A stretch of 64,000 nt of DNA, taken from positions 1,676 through 65,675 of the forward strand of contig NZ_DATCRD010000288.1 in the NCBI RefSeq assembly GCF_036569185.1, written 5' to 3'. A model generated the notes under the pieces. The model ran no database searches, had not been told where the DNA came from, and saw only the letters and a list, made by a program, of their open reading frames with translations. The translations under genes and the position numbers were made by a program. This stretch comes from Chitinophaga sp. (GTDB lineage: Bacteria > Bacteroidota > Bacteroidia > Chitinophagales > Chitinophagaceae). This document shows positions 19,339 to 29,347 of this stretch, piece after piece; within the stretch, counting starts at the first letter, position 1, and each line of letters starts with the position of its first letter.

Positions 19339-20367
19339 ATGATGAAAATATTCTGGAAATATTTCTTTCCCCCGATATATGGCCTGCTGGTATACTTTAC
19401 CATCCGCCTGTTAACGGACAGTGTTACGGAAATGAAATTCTGGTACCGGCCGCTGTCGTTGAACGCCTTTGAAATGGTGACAGCCATACTAATGGGTTAC
19501 CTTTTGATCGGGATCTTCAACTGGTTGTTCCGGTATTTTGATAAAAAAAATGAATCCGGCTTCTCCTATAAGATCATCCTGAAAGAGCTGTTGTATATTT
19601 TCATCATCAATCAACTGGTACAAAACGCCGTTCTCACACCGATGGCTGCCTTTACAGATAATGGTCTTCAGTTGTTCGACCTGGTCGATATCAACGTGAT
19701 CCCTTTACTGTATTGTTTTATATACTATGGCGTCCGCAGGAGCAATGCTTTTTTGCAGGCATATATCAATAACCGTTTGCAGCTGGAAAAAATCACCAAC
19801 GACCAGCTGCAAACGGAACTGAAATTCCTGCGGGCGCAATACCATCCGCATTTTTTGTTTAATGCGCTAAACACCATATATTTCCAGATGGATATAGACG
19901 TGCAGGCTGCCAAGAAAACAGTGGAGCGTTTTTCAGAACTGCTGCGCTACCAGTTATACGATCAGCAGCAAATGGTGAGCGTAGCCAACGAAATACAATA
20001 CCTGCAGAACTTTATTGCCCTGCAAAAGATCAGGTCCTCACGCCGCCTTCAACTGGAGGTACATTTGGATGAAGCCCTGCATGATGAACAGGTATACCCG
20101 CTGCTGTTCCTGCCGCTGGTGGAAAATGCCTTTAAATATGCAGGAGGTGATTTCCGGATTCACATCTGCCTGAAAAAACAGGATAATGAAATAGCTTTCC
20201 AGGTAGAAAACTCCATACCGGATAAGATCAGCTTCGAAGCAAAGGGAGGCATAGGATTGGACAACCTGAAAAGAAGACTGGAACTGCTGTATCCCGGCAA
20301 ACACTCATTTACTGCCCAGGTAAAAGAAAAAAGTTTCCTGGCGGAATTAAAACTGCCTACCAGATAA
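19339..20367 (+). CDS. LytS/YehU-family sensor histidine kinase
   Basis: Motifs 'ELKFLRAQYHPHFLFNALNTIY', 'LPLVENAFKY' and 'GIGLDNLKRRLELLYP'. Confidence 0.92.
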   Translation: MMKIFWKYFFPPIYGLLVYFTIRLLTDSVTEMKFWYRPLSLNAFEMVTAILMGYLLIGIFNWLFRYFDKKNESGFSYKIILKELLYIFIINQLVQNAVLTPMAAFTDNGLQLFDLVDINVIPLLYCFIYYGVRRSNAFLQAYINNRLQLEKITNDQLQTELKFLRAQYHPHFLFNALNTIYFQMDIDVQAAKKTVERFSELLRYQLYDQQQMVSVANEIQYLQNFIALQKIRSSRRLQLEVHLDEALHDEQVYPLLFLPLVENAFKYAGGDFRIHICLKKQDNEIAFQVENSIPDKISFEAKGGIGLDNLKRRLELLYPGKHSFTAQVKEKSFLAELKLPTR

Positions 20368-21083
20368 TGGATCAATTAACGATACGCTGTATTATCACCG
20401 ATGATGAACCTTTGGCTGCGGAAGGCTTACAACGCTATGCGGAGAAAACGCCTTTCCTGCACGTAACCGCTGTTTGCGAAGATGCCATACAGCTGAATAC
20501 CCTGCTCAAACAACAACCGGCAGACCTGCTGTTCCTCGATATTGAAATGCCTTACATTACCGGTATCGAGTTCCTTAAAAGCTATCCCAACCCGCCAAAG
20601 GTGATCTTCACCACTGCATACGAACAATACGCCATACAAGGCTTTGAGCTGGATGTACTGGATTATCTCATCAAACCCATTTCATTCGACCGCTTCCTCA
20701 AAGCCGCCAACAAAGCATTCGATTATTTCTCCTCCCGGCAGGCCGGCAAAGAACCACCCTACTGTTTTATTAAAACCGACAACAAGCTGGAGAAAGTATT
20801 ATTCGAGGATATTTTATTTGCAGAGGCCCTGGGTAATTATGTAGCTATTTATACGGGAGATAAAAAAATGATCACCCATGCTACGCTGAAATCAGTACAG
20901 GAGCTATTACCGGCCAGGCAATTCCTGCAACCACATAAATCCTACCTCGTTAATATCAACCATATCAGCGCTATTGAAGGCAATGTATTGCATATGGGCG
21001 CCCATGAAGTACCTATCAGCAAATACCAGAAAGAAGAGCTGCTGGAGAAAATAGTCAATAACCGGCTGCTGAAGAATAAGTGA
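20367..21083 (+). CDS. LytTR-family response regulator
   Basis: Motifs 'ITDDEPLA', 'FLDIEMP', 'DYLIKP' and 'FLQPHKSYLVN'. Confidence 0.95.
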   Translation: MDQLTIRCIITDDEPLAAEGLQRYAEKTPFLHVTAVCEDAIQLNTLLKQQPADLLFLDIEMPYITGIEFLKSYPNPPKVIFTTAYEQYAIQGFELDVLDYLIKPISFDRFLKAANKAFDYFSSRQAGKEPPYCFIKTDNKLEKVLFEDILFAEALGNYVAIYTGDKKMITHATLKSVQELLPARQFLQPHKSYLVNINHISAIEGNVLHMGAHEVPISKYQKEELLEKIVNNRLLKNK

Positions 21084-21137
21084 TCCAAAGGGTGACCGCA
21101 TTTATTTGTACCTTAGGCTATAAGTAAACCCTCCAAC

Positions 21138-22091
21138 ATGAAAATTGCCATTCTCGACGACTACCAGGATATCATCAGGAGCCTGGATTGCTTCAAACTG
21201 TTAGCCGGACAAGATGTGGTAGTACTGCACCATACGGAGAAAGAACCCGCCAAGCTGGCCGCATTTTTAAGTGATGTGGAAGTGATAGTGCTTACCAGGG
21301 AAAGAACCCGGATCAATGAAGAGCTGCTCTCCCTGTTACCTAAGCTGAAGCTGATCAGCCAAACAGGGAAAGTATCCTCACACATTGACCTTGCCGCCTG
21401 CGCCAGGCATAATGTAGCCGTGGCCGAAGGCATTGGCTCTCCCATAGCGCCTGCAGAGCTCACCTGGATACTGATCATGAATACGCTGCGCCAGATACCA
21501 CAGGCCATTGAAGGCATGAAGAACGGGCAATGGCAAGTCAATATCGGCAGTACTGTTCACGGGAAAACCATTGGCATCTGGGGGTATGGAAAAATCGGTA
21601 AAATGGTGGCTGGGTATGCCAAAGCTTTTGGCGCCAGGGTAATGATATGGGGCAGCGAGGCATCCAGGGAAAACGCTGTAAAGGACGGCTTTAGCAAAGC
21701 CGCCACCAAAGAGGATTTCTTCCGGGAGGCAGATGTTGTTTCCCTGCACCTGCGTTTAAACGAAGCTACCGCCGGCATTGTAAAAGCTGCGGACCTTGGC
21801 CTGATGAAACCTTCCTCTGTGCTTATCAATACTTCCCGGGCAGAACTTATTGAAAAAGGCGCTTTGCTTCAAAGTCTGCGGAATGGCCGCCCCGGGTTTG
21901 CCGGCCTCGATGTATATGAAGAGGAACCAGTGTACAATGTGGAGTATGACTACCTCAATATGCGCAACGTGATCTGTACCCCGCATCTGGGCTATGTGGA
22001 GAAAAACAGCTATGAGCTTTATTTTGGGAAAGCCTTTGAAAATGTGACCGGTTTTATTGAGGGAAGGCCTTCCGGTATTGTGAATGGATAA
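21138..22091 (+). CDS. D-2-hydroxyacid dehydrogenase family protein
   Basis: Motifs 'GKTIGIWGYGKIG', 'DVVSLHLRL', 'LINTSRAELI', 'LDVYEEEP' and 'TPHLGY'. Confidence 0.93.
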   Translation: MKIAILDDYQDIIRSLDCFKLLAGQDVVVLHHTEKEPAKLAAFLSDVEVIVLTRERTRINEELLSLLPKLKLISQTGKVSSHIDLAACARHNVAVAEGIGSPIAPAELTWILIMNTLRQIPQAIEGMKNGQWQVNIGSTVHGKTIGIWGYGKIGKMVAGYAKAFGARVMIWGSEASRENAVKDGFSKAATKEDFFREADVVSLHLRLNEATAGIVKAADLGLMKPSSVLINTSRAELIEKGALLQSLRNGRPGFAGLDVYEEEPVYNVEYDYLNMRNVICTPHLGYVEKNSYELYFGKAFENVTGFIEGRPSGIVNG

Positions 22092-22166
22092 TATAACATC
22101 AAAATTGGGTAATACTGCATGCTGTAACTATCAAAAAGTTACTTTAACTTGGTTTTTGTCATTACT

Positions 22167-22727
22167 ATGAGCAATCAAAATCCGGATTATACATCTTTTT
22201 GGCCAACTGGAGATCTTTCATTATTTAAACAAATGATGAAAGAGTTCACTCCTTCCCTGAAGTATTTTGCGGGCAGTATTGCGGGTAATGAAGCCGAGGC
22301 AGAAGAAATTGTGGCCGATGTATTTATCAAAATATGGCAGCAACGACAGCAAACAAGCGCTCCCGGTGATGTACGTTACTATCTTTTCAAAGCAGTAAAG
22401 AACACGGCGCTTAATTACCTGAAACGCAGCGGCAGGCGCCTTTCACATTATAATGAATGGGAAATCCAGGTGAGCAGGGTATCTCCCCAAAACCCGCAGG
22501 ACCTGATGATCAGCAAAGAACGGCTCCTGGAAATAAACACTGCTATCCGCTCCTTACCACCCCGCTGCCGCCAGATTTTTATCCTTGTAAAAGAAGATGG
22601 GCTTACCTATGAACAGGTGGCCACCTTACTTGACCTTTCCAAAGCCACCGTGAATGTACAGATGACCCTTGCCCTGAAAAAAATATGGGCTGCACTGGGC
22701 ACTTCCCTTCAATATTCCTACTCCTGA
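22167..22727 (+). CDS. ECF RNA polymerase sigma-70 factor
   Basis: Motifs 'AEEIVADVFIKIW', 'YLFKAVKNTALNYL' and 'LPPRCRQIFILVKEDGLTYEQVA'. Confidence 0.93.
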   Translation: MSNQNPDYTSFWPTGDLSLFKQMMKEFTPSLKYFAGSIAGNEAEAEEIVADVFIKIWQQRQQTSAPGDVRYYLFKAVKNTALNYLKRSGRRLSHYNEWEIQVSRVSPQNPQDLMISKERLLEINTAIRSLPPRCRQIFILVKEDGLTYEQVATLLDLSKATVNVQMTLALKKIWAALGTSLQYSYS

Positions 22728-22804
22728 TTTTTTTTCTGTACGCTTAATTGTTTTCCTTTTCTACGTTGTCTTATTAGGGAATCAACTGAAATCATACTTC
22801 GTAA

Positions 22805-23869
22805 ATGACCAATCGATTATGGGAATTACTGGCGCTGCAATGGAGCGGCGAAATTTCCACGGAAGAAAAAGCCGAACTGGAGGAACTTTTGCTGGAGCAT
22901 CCAGGGGACTGGCTCCGGACGGGACAGCTGGACCAGCTGTCTTTTCACAAAACACTTCCTCCCGGTGAAGAGGAAGACACGGATGCGCTGATGGATAAAG
23001 TACTGGGAACTATCTCCACAGCGGGCGGCGAGCCGCTTTCCAAGGGGAATATCCCCCGGAAGAAGTTCCTGCATGCCTATAAATACCAGGTATCCATCGC
23101 CATCATCATGATAGCAATAACTGCCGGGCTCACCTTCATTTACCTGTCGCAGCAACACCACCGTTACAAAATAGTATCCACCGATGCCGGCATGAAAACA
23201 AAGATCCGGTTGTCGGACGGCAGTATTATATGGCTGAATGCCGGGAGCACCTTAAGATACCCGGAAAAACTGGATAAAGCCCAAAGGGAGGTTTACCTGA
23301 GCGGCGAAGCTTACTTCGATATAAAACAGGCGCCCAACCGGCCTTTTATTATCCATGCACAAAAAATGGACATCCGGGTACTGGGTACCTCGTTTAATGT
23401 GCGGTCGTATAAAGATGAAGATTTTGAAGAAACCGCCGTTATTTCGGGGGCCGTGGAAGTAACTGTACCGGAAGAACATAAGGTCATGAAAATTACGCCC
23501 AACCAGAAGGTGGTGCTTCACAAAACATCCGGAGGGCCTGTTAAGAAAAGCAGTATATCTACCGGCGAAGCCGGAACAAGGATTGAGCGCCAGCCATTGT
23601 CGGTCATTTCACCTGCCGATACCATTCATGTGCTGGAAACCGCATGGATGAACAACCAGCTGATATTCCGCAATGAAACGCTGCTTTCACTTTCACAAAG
23701 ACTCGAACGCTGGTATGGAGTAAAAATAATTATAGAAGATCAACAGCTTGCTATGTTGAGATTTTCCGGGCGTGCAGACAATATTTCCATTGAAAAACTA
23801 CTGGAGATACTCCAGAATATTCAACCATTCAATTATTCCATGCAGGATGATATCGTGACAATTAAGTAA
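22805..23869 (+). CDS. FecR-family anti-sigma factor
   Basis: One TM helix; 'LSDGSIIWLNAGS', 'GEAYFDI', 'VLGTSFNV', 'AWMNNQLIF' and 'LERWYGV'. Confidence 0.93.
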   Translation: MTNRLWELLALQWSGEISTEEKAELEELLLEHPGDWLRTGQLDQLSFHKTLPPGEEEDTDALMDKVLGTISTAGGEPLSKGNIPRKKFLHAYKYQVSIAIIMIAITAGLTFIYLSQQHHRYKIVSTDAGMKTKIRLSDGSIIWLNAGSTLRYPEKLDKAQREVYLSGEAYFDIKQAPNRPFIIHAQKMDIRVLGTSFNVRSYKDEDFEETAVISGAVEVTVPEEHKVMKITPNQKVVLHKTSGGPVKKSSISTGEAGTRIERQPLSVISPADTIHVLETAWMNNQLIFRNETLLSLSQRLERWYGVKIIIEDQQLAMLRFSGRADNISIEKLLEILQNIQPFNYSMQDDIVTIK

Positions 23870-23997
23870 ATCAAAAGTTATGAAAAATAAGTTCATCATC
23901 GGGGAGCGATCTCCCTAGAGGATTTGTTATGCCGGAAAGATCCGCTACGGACCTCCACAAGATTATATTTACTGATTTAATAAGTCCCACCCAGGTT

Positions 23998-26900
23998 ATG
24001 AAAAAAGCAATGAAACAAACCACGTTTATCTTACTTAATAACGGACGAAAATTATTTCTAATGCTCAAATTTACCGGTGTATTGTTCCTGCTGTTTTTCC
24101 AGGCATCTGCAGCAGGATTCTCACAAAACACGATATCCGTTTCCTTCGTCAATACAGATATTGAAAAAGTATTCCGCTCTCTTGAGAAAAAAACAGGCTA
24201 TACTTTTTATTACAGCAATAACGAAACAGAAAAAACACCCAGGATCAGTCTTACCATGGAGAACGCCGATGTAAAAGCGGTGCTGGATGAAGTAGCGCAT
24301 AAAAGCGGGCTTCATTATACCATCCTGGATAACAGTATGGTGGTATTTAAAAATGCCGGTGAACGGATACAAACAAAAAAGATCTCCGGAAAAGTGGTTG
24401 ATGAAAAAGGTCACCCGATGCCCAACATCACGGTACAGGTAAAAGGTACTACCACGGGCACATTAACTACTGCCGAAGGATTGTTCACCCTGCAGGTACC
24501 GGAAAATGCCACCCTGGTGATTTCCGCCATCGGTTACCTGAAGCAGGAGATCCCTGTTGCCGGTCAGGCTTCTTTCAACATAGTCCTGAAAGAAGACGTA
24601 TCCGGTTTAAATGAAGTGGTAGTAGTAGGTTACGGCTCCCAGGAAAAACATAAGCTGACCAGCGCTGTAGCCACTATCTCCGGCGCGGAGCTTAACAAAC
24701 GGGTAGCTACCAACCCTACTTCCCTCCTGCAGGGCCAGTTGCCGGGCTTACAGGTTACCCAGGGCTCCGGCGAGCCTGGCAATGAAAACATACAATTACG
24801 CATCCGTGGTATCAGCACTTTCAGTGGTGCAGGTAATGATCCGCTCGTAATAATAGATGGGTTGCCTGGAAACCTCAGCATTTTAAATCCAAATGATATA
24901 GAATCCATTTCCGTGCTGAAAGATGCGGCTTCCGCAGCCATCTATGGCTCCCGCGGCGCCAATGGCGTAATTGTGGTGAAAACGAAAAAGGGAAAAACCG
25001 GCTTCTCGCTCACCTATGGGTATAACCTTGGTATCTCAAAAGCAGCCAAACTGCCTGATATTATTTCCAACTCGGCAGAATACATGCAGCTGTCGAATGA
25101 AGCAAGAACCAATTCCGGGCTGGCGCCGCTTTATACCCAGCAGCAGATCGACCTGTACCAGAATGCCACCGACCGTGTTAAATATCCCAATCACAACTGG
25201 CTGGATGATATTTTCCGTACCGCCTACACCCAGAACCACTACCTGAATATGAGCGGCGGTAAAGACAACACCACCTACAGCCTGGGCCTGGGTATCAGCA
25301 CGCAGCCTGGCGTATTGATCGGCTTCGACTACAAAAAATATACATTAGACCTGGGCCTTAGCTCCCGCGTTAATAAAAGAGTGACTATAGGCACCAATGT
25401 GCAGATGCGGTATGCCGACAGGAAGTATCCTGAAAACGGCGCCGGCGATATGTTCCTTTCTGCGCTGGCCCAATCGCCCCTCTACCCTCCTTCCAGCGAT
25501 GGCAAATGGATTAAGAAAGGTTACTCCAATGAACTGGGTAACAAGAATCCGGTAGCTATTGTGGAAGAAGATGTACGGATAAGGACAAACGATTACTACG
25601 CGCAGGGTAACCTGTCGCTCGATGTGGACATCGTAGATGGATTAAGATGGGAGAACCGTGCAGGTATGAACTACGACAATTATAAATACAATGATTTCAG
25701 ACCTGCCGTACCTACCTTTTATTTCAGCGATATGAGCCCCGCCGGATTATTGGATGTGGGCACACCAGGGCTCAATGTAGGTACCATGGGTAATGTATAT
25801 ACTGTTTATTACAGCCAGTTCACCTACAAAAAGAAATTCGGGGAACATAACCTGTCGGCCCTCGCCGGTTACCAGCAGGAACAGAATAAAGCAGACACAC
25901 TTGGCGCTACCCGTACACAGTTCCCTACCAACTTCCTGAGAGAACTTAATGCAGGACCGGCAGACGGACAGACCAACAACGGTACATCCGGCAAATGGGC
26001 CATCCGCTCTTTTTATGGTAATGCCAATTATGATTACAAAGATAAATACCTCCTGGGCGCCAGCGTGCGGTACGACGGTACTTCCAGGCTGCCATCCGAT
26101 ACCCGCTGGGGATTATTTTATTCCTTCTCCGGTGCATGGCGCGCTTCAGAAGCAGCGTTCCTGAAAAAGGTTACCTGGATCAACGACCTGAAATTACGCG
26201 CCTCCTGGGGCCAGTTAGGTAACCAGAACATCGGCACCTATCCTTACCAGTCTACACTCGACAACAGGCCCTATGCTTTTGGTTCTTCCATCGCCACCGG
26301 CTTCACCGGCAGCCAGATCATAGATCCCACTCTTACCTGGGAAACCACCCGGGTACTGGACTTTGGTCTTAACCTGACCGCCTTTGACAACCGGCTTACT
26401 TTCACCGGCGATTGGTTCAACAAATATACCTTTGACATTCTGCGGACCTCACAGGTTCCCCTGTGGCTGGGGCTTAATGCACCAATCATCAATAACGGCG
26501 CCGTGAGGAATAAAGGATTTGAATTCAATGTGCAGTACAACGACCGGATCGGGAAAGACTTTACCTGGTATGTAGGAGCTAATTTCCAACGGTACAAAAA
26601 TGTGCTGGAAGAATTTGGTAAACGGGAGATCAGCAATACCACCATCCGCGAAGAAGGTCACCCGCTGGATGAATACTATCTTTATCAATGGGATGGCATT
26701 TTCCAAAGTACAGATGAAATTGCCAAATCGCCCAAACAGCCTGTAGACGCCACTCCCGGCGATCTGAAAATAAAAGATGTAAATGGAGATGGCGTCATCG
26801 ACGACAAAGACAGGACCTATACCAAAGGAAAATATCCTTCTTTCCAGTATGCCTTCAATATCGGCGCTTCCTGGAAAAACTTTGATTTCAGCGCGCAGCT

Positions 26901-27315
26901 TTACGGATCCGAAGGACAGAAAATATATGTAAACGGATGGGGAATAGAGCCATTCCGTCAGGGCTCTGTGCCTACCACCGACTGGCGCAACCGCTGGACG
27001 CCTGAACATCCCAGCACTACCATGCCTAAAATTTATGTTGCCGATGGATATGCCCCGGTACAGAACTACGCTTCCACTTACTTCCTGAAAGATGCGTCCT
27101 TCCTGCGGTTGCGTAACGTACAACTGGGCTATAATCTGCCAGCAGCAACACTTGCCAGGGCCAGCATAAAATCATTAAGGGTATTCTTCAGCGCCGAAAA
27201 TGTGTTTACCATCAGCAAATTTCCCGGTCTTGACCCCGAACGTGTAGGAGATGGTAATTATGTTACCTACCCGCAAACCAAAACATACACATTCGGCGCC
27301 ATGGTTCAGTTTTAA
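23998..27315 (+). CDS. susC: SusC/RagA TonB-dependent transporter with N-terminal STN signalling domain
   Basis: STN-like region and CarboxypepD-like domain; 'EVVVVGYG', 'DPLVIIDG', 'DIESISVLKDAASAAIYGSRGANGVIVVKTK'; C-terminal 'YPQTKTYTFG..VQF'. Confidence 0.95.
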   Translation: MKKAMKQTTFILLNNGRKLFLMLKFTGVLFLLFFQASAAGFSQNTISVSFVNTDIEKVFRSLEKKTGYTFYYSNNETEKTPRISLTMENADVKAVLDEVAHKSGLHYTILDNSMVVFKNAGERIQTKKISGKVVDEKGHPMPNITVQVKGTTTGTLTTAEGLFTLQVPENATLVISAIGYLKQEIPVAGQASFNIVLKEDVSGLNEVVVVGYGSQEKHKLTSAVATISGAELNKRVATNPTSLLQGQLPGLQVTQGSGEPGNENIQLRIRGISTFSGAGNDPLVIIDGLPGNLSILNPNDIESISVLKDAASAAIYGSRGANGVIVVKTKKGKTGFSLTYGYNLGISKAAKLPDIISNSAEYMQLSNEARTNSGLAPLYTQQQIDLYQNATDRVKYPNHNWLDDIFRTAYTQNHYLNMSGGKDNTTYSLGLGISTQPGVLIGFDYKKYTLDLGLSSRVNKRVTIGTNVQMRYADRKYPENGAGDMFLSALAQSPLYPPSSDGKWIKKGYSNELGNKNPVAIVEEDVRIRTNDYYAQGNLSLDVDIVDGLRWENRAGMNYDNYKYNDFRPAVPTFYFSDMSPAGLLDVGTPGLNVGTMGNVYTVYYSQFTYKKKFGEHNLSALAGYQQEQNKADTLGATRTQFPTNFLRELNAGPADGQTNNGTSGKWAIRSFYGNANYDYKDKYLLGASVRYDGTSRLPSDTRWGLFYSFSGAWRASEAAFLKKVTWINDLKLRASWGQLGNQNIGTYPYQSTLDNRPYAFGSSIATGFTGSQIIDPTLTWETTRVLDFGLNLTAFDNRLTFTGDWFNKYTFDILRTSQVPLWLGLNAPIINNGAVRNKGFEFNVQYNDRIGKDFTWYVGANFQRYKNVLEEFGKREISNTTIREEGHPLDEYYLYQWDGIFQSTDEIAKSPKQPVDATPGDLKIKDVNGDGVIDDKDRTYTKGKYPSFQYAFNIGASWKNFDFSAQLYGSEGQKIYVNGWGIEPFRQGSVPTTDWRNRWTPEHPSTTMPKIYVADGYAPVQNYASTYFLKDASFLRLRNVQLGYNLPAATLARASIKSLRVFFSAENVFTISKFPGLDPERVGDGNYVTYPQTKTYTFGAMVQF

Positions 27316-27339
27316 TTTTTTCTGTTAAAAGATTCAGTT

Positions 27340-28893
27340 ATGAAAAAGTATCAGCAATATTTACTAATAATAACAGGTGCAGCCCTCATGTTTTTCAGCG
27401 GATGTAACAAAGATCTGCTGGATGTAACGCCACCGGATAAACTGGCGTCCTCTTTCTTCTGGGAAACGCCCGAGGATGCAGACAAAGCGCTCACCGGCCT
27501 GTATAATTACCTGTATAGCAGCAGCGGAGGATACGCTACTTCCCAGTACACCGTTTTTGCCTGGGACAATTTCACCGACGATTCCTATGGCCAGTACAAC
27601 TACGGCGGCGGCCTCAGCGCCCTTACTTCCGGCATCACCCCGCAATCCGGCGATTTTGTATACGCTTACTATACAAACTGCTACCAGGCAATAGCAGCGG
27701 CTAATTCTTTCCTCGCCAATGTAGATAAAGTACTGAGTGGCGACAAGCTGACCCAATACAAGGGAGAAGCCTATTTCCTCCGGGCTTTTAATTACTTCTG
27801 GCTGGCGCAGTTGTATGGCAATACCATTATCATCACAGAAGATCCTTTCAAGGTAGATTATAAATCGACCCGTGCAAAATCAGACCGGGCCGATGTCTTA
27901 AAACAGGTGCTGGCAGACCTGGACCTTGCCATTGCCGCATTACCCGACGCCGGCTATGCAGATGGCCATGCCGTAAAAGCTACCGCACAGGGTTATAAGG
28001 TAAGAGTGCTGCTTTTCCAGAAAAAATATGCAGAAGCAGCCGCACTGGCAAAAGAGATCATGACCGCCAACAAGTTCAGTCTCTTTGCTAATTATGCCGG
28101 CAACTTTTACAAACCTGATCAGGGTAACAGTAAAGAAATTATGTTCTCCGTGAAATACCAGCGCCCGAATATGCTTCACCAGGATGTGGCAATTTCAGTA
28201 AACCTGCAACGCTGGAAAGGGGAACAAGGCACACAGGACCTGATCAACGAATACGAAGCCGCAGATGGAAAAGACACTGCCTCTTCCGCCGTATACGTTA
28301 AAGGAAAACCCTTTGAAAACCGTGATCCGCGCATGCGCCTCACCTTCTTCTTCCCCGGCGATACCAAAGCCCAGGGATGGCCTTTCACCGGTGCGCTGGC
28401 CGTAGCCACTCCCGGCAAAGACAGCTGGACAGCCGGTTATTATGCCGTAAAGAAATGGCTGGACCCCAGCCTGGTGGACCCGGATTACGGCACCATCGAC
28501 GACAATGACTTCGTGCTGCTCCGCTATGCCGATATCCTGCTCATGTACGCCGAAGCGCAGAATGAAGCCGTTGGTCCCGATGCATCCGTATATGCCGCTA
28601 TCAAACAGGTGAGGAACCGTAGCAATATGCCCGATCTCCCGGCAGGGTTATCACAGGCGGATATGCGTACCCGTATACGGCATGAAAGACGCGTAGAATT
28701 TGCACTGGAAGGCCTCCGCTATTTTGACCTGAGGAGATGGGGCATTGCAGTACAGAAACTGGATGGCTTTGTACCGAATCCATTACAGCCTACCGTAAAA
28801 ACGAAATATAAAGCTAACTATGACTTCTGGCCTATTCCTCAAACGGAGATAGACCGGAATGCACCGGAGCTGGTGCAGAACCCTGGGTATTGA
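27340..28893 (+). CDS. susD: SusD/RagB lipoprotein
   Basis: Lipobox 'FFSGC'; 'GEAYFLRAFNYF', 'RDPR', 'LRYADILLMYAEA', 'ERRVEFALEG.RYFDLRRW' and 'QNPGY'. Confidence 0.95.
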   Translation: MKKYQQYLLIITGAALMFFSGCNKDLLDVTPPDKLASSFFWETPEDADKALTGLYNYLYSSSGGYATSQYTVFAWDNFTDDSYGQYNYGGGLSALTSGITPQSGDFVYAYYTNCYQAIAAANSFLANVDKVLSGDKLTQYKGEAYFLRAFNYFWLAQLYGNTIIITEDPFKVDYKSTRAKSDRADVLKQVLADLDLAIAALPDAGYADGHAVKATAQGYKVRVLLFQKKYAEAAALAKEIMTANKFSLFANYAGNFYKPDQGNSKEIMFSVKYQRPNMLHQDVAISVNLQRWKGEQGTQDLINEYEAADGKDTASSAVYVKGKPFENRDPRMRLTFFFPGDTKAQGWPFTGALAVATPGKDSWTAGYYAVKKWLDPSLVDPDYGTIDDNDFVLLRYADILLMYAEAQNEAVGPDASVYAAIKQVRNRSNMPDLPAGLSQADMRTRIRHERRVEFALEGLRYFDLRRWGIAVQKLDGFVPNPLQPTVKTKYKANYDFWPIPQTEIDRNAPELVQNPGY

Positions 28894-28918
28894 TTTAGAG
28901 GGGGGAATTTTTATAGCG

Positions 28919-28950
28919 TGCCGCGGGTGAAAGCCTGCGGCATTTTTTTT
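28919..28950 (+). terminator. Intrinsic terminator after susD
   Basis: TGCCGCGGG-tgaaag-CCTGCGGCA followed by a run of T. Confidence 0.8.
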
Positions 28951-29347
28951 ATATCCTTTATCTTGTTATCAATAATCAATGCCATCTTCGCACTGGCCTT
29001 CAGACAATACCTATAATCCAGCAATCATTAATCACCGTCTTATCAAAACAATAAAAGCCCCTTGTATCATATTCCAACAGAAAACCAAACGCTTTGTCAA
29101 GCACTTAGTTGAATCAAGATAAAAATATTGGTTACTGTTGAATAAATCTAAACATAACGGTTAGCTAAATTAGAAATGACTGCTGAATATGAATAAATAA
29201 ATGTATTTTTGATGGTGGTAACCCGGAACTAGCCATACCTGAAACATTAATCCTTGAAAGGTTAACTATAGCTATAATCGAGGCAGCATACGATAATAAC
29301 GAATACTACGTAATAAAATCAATATTCTTGACATGTCCTGTATACAC

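Noticed and set aside
23880-23918. 12-codon uORF (MKNKFIIGERSP) with a small GGGAG/CTCCC hairpin before susC
   Set aside because: Too short, with no residue bias or terminator to support attenuation; consistent with chance.
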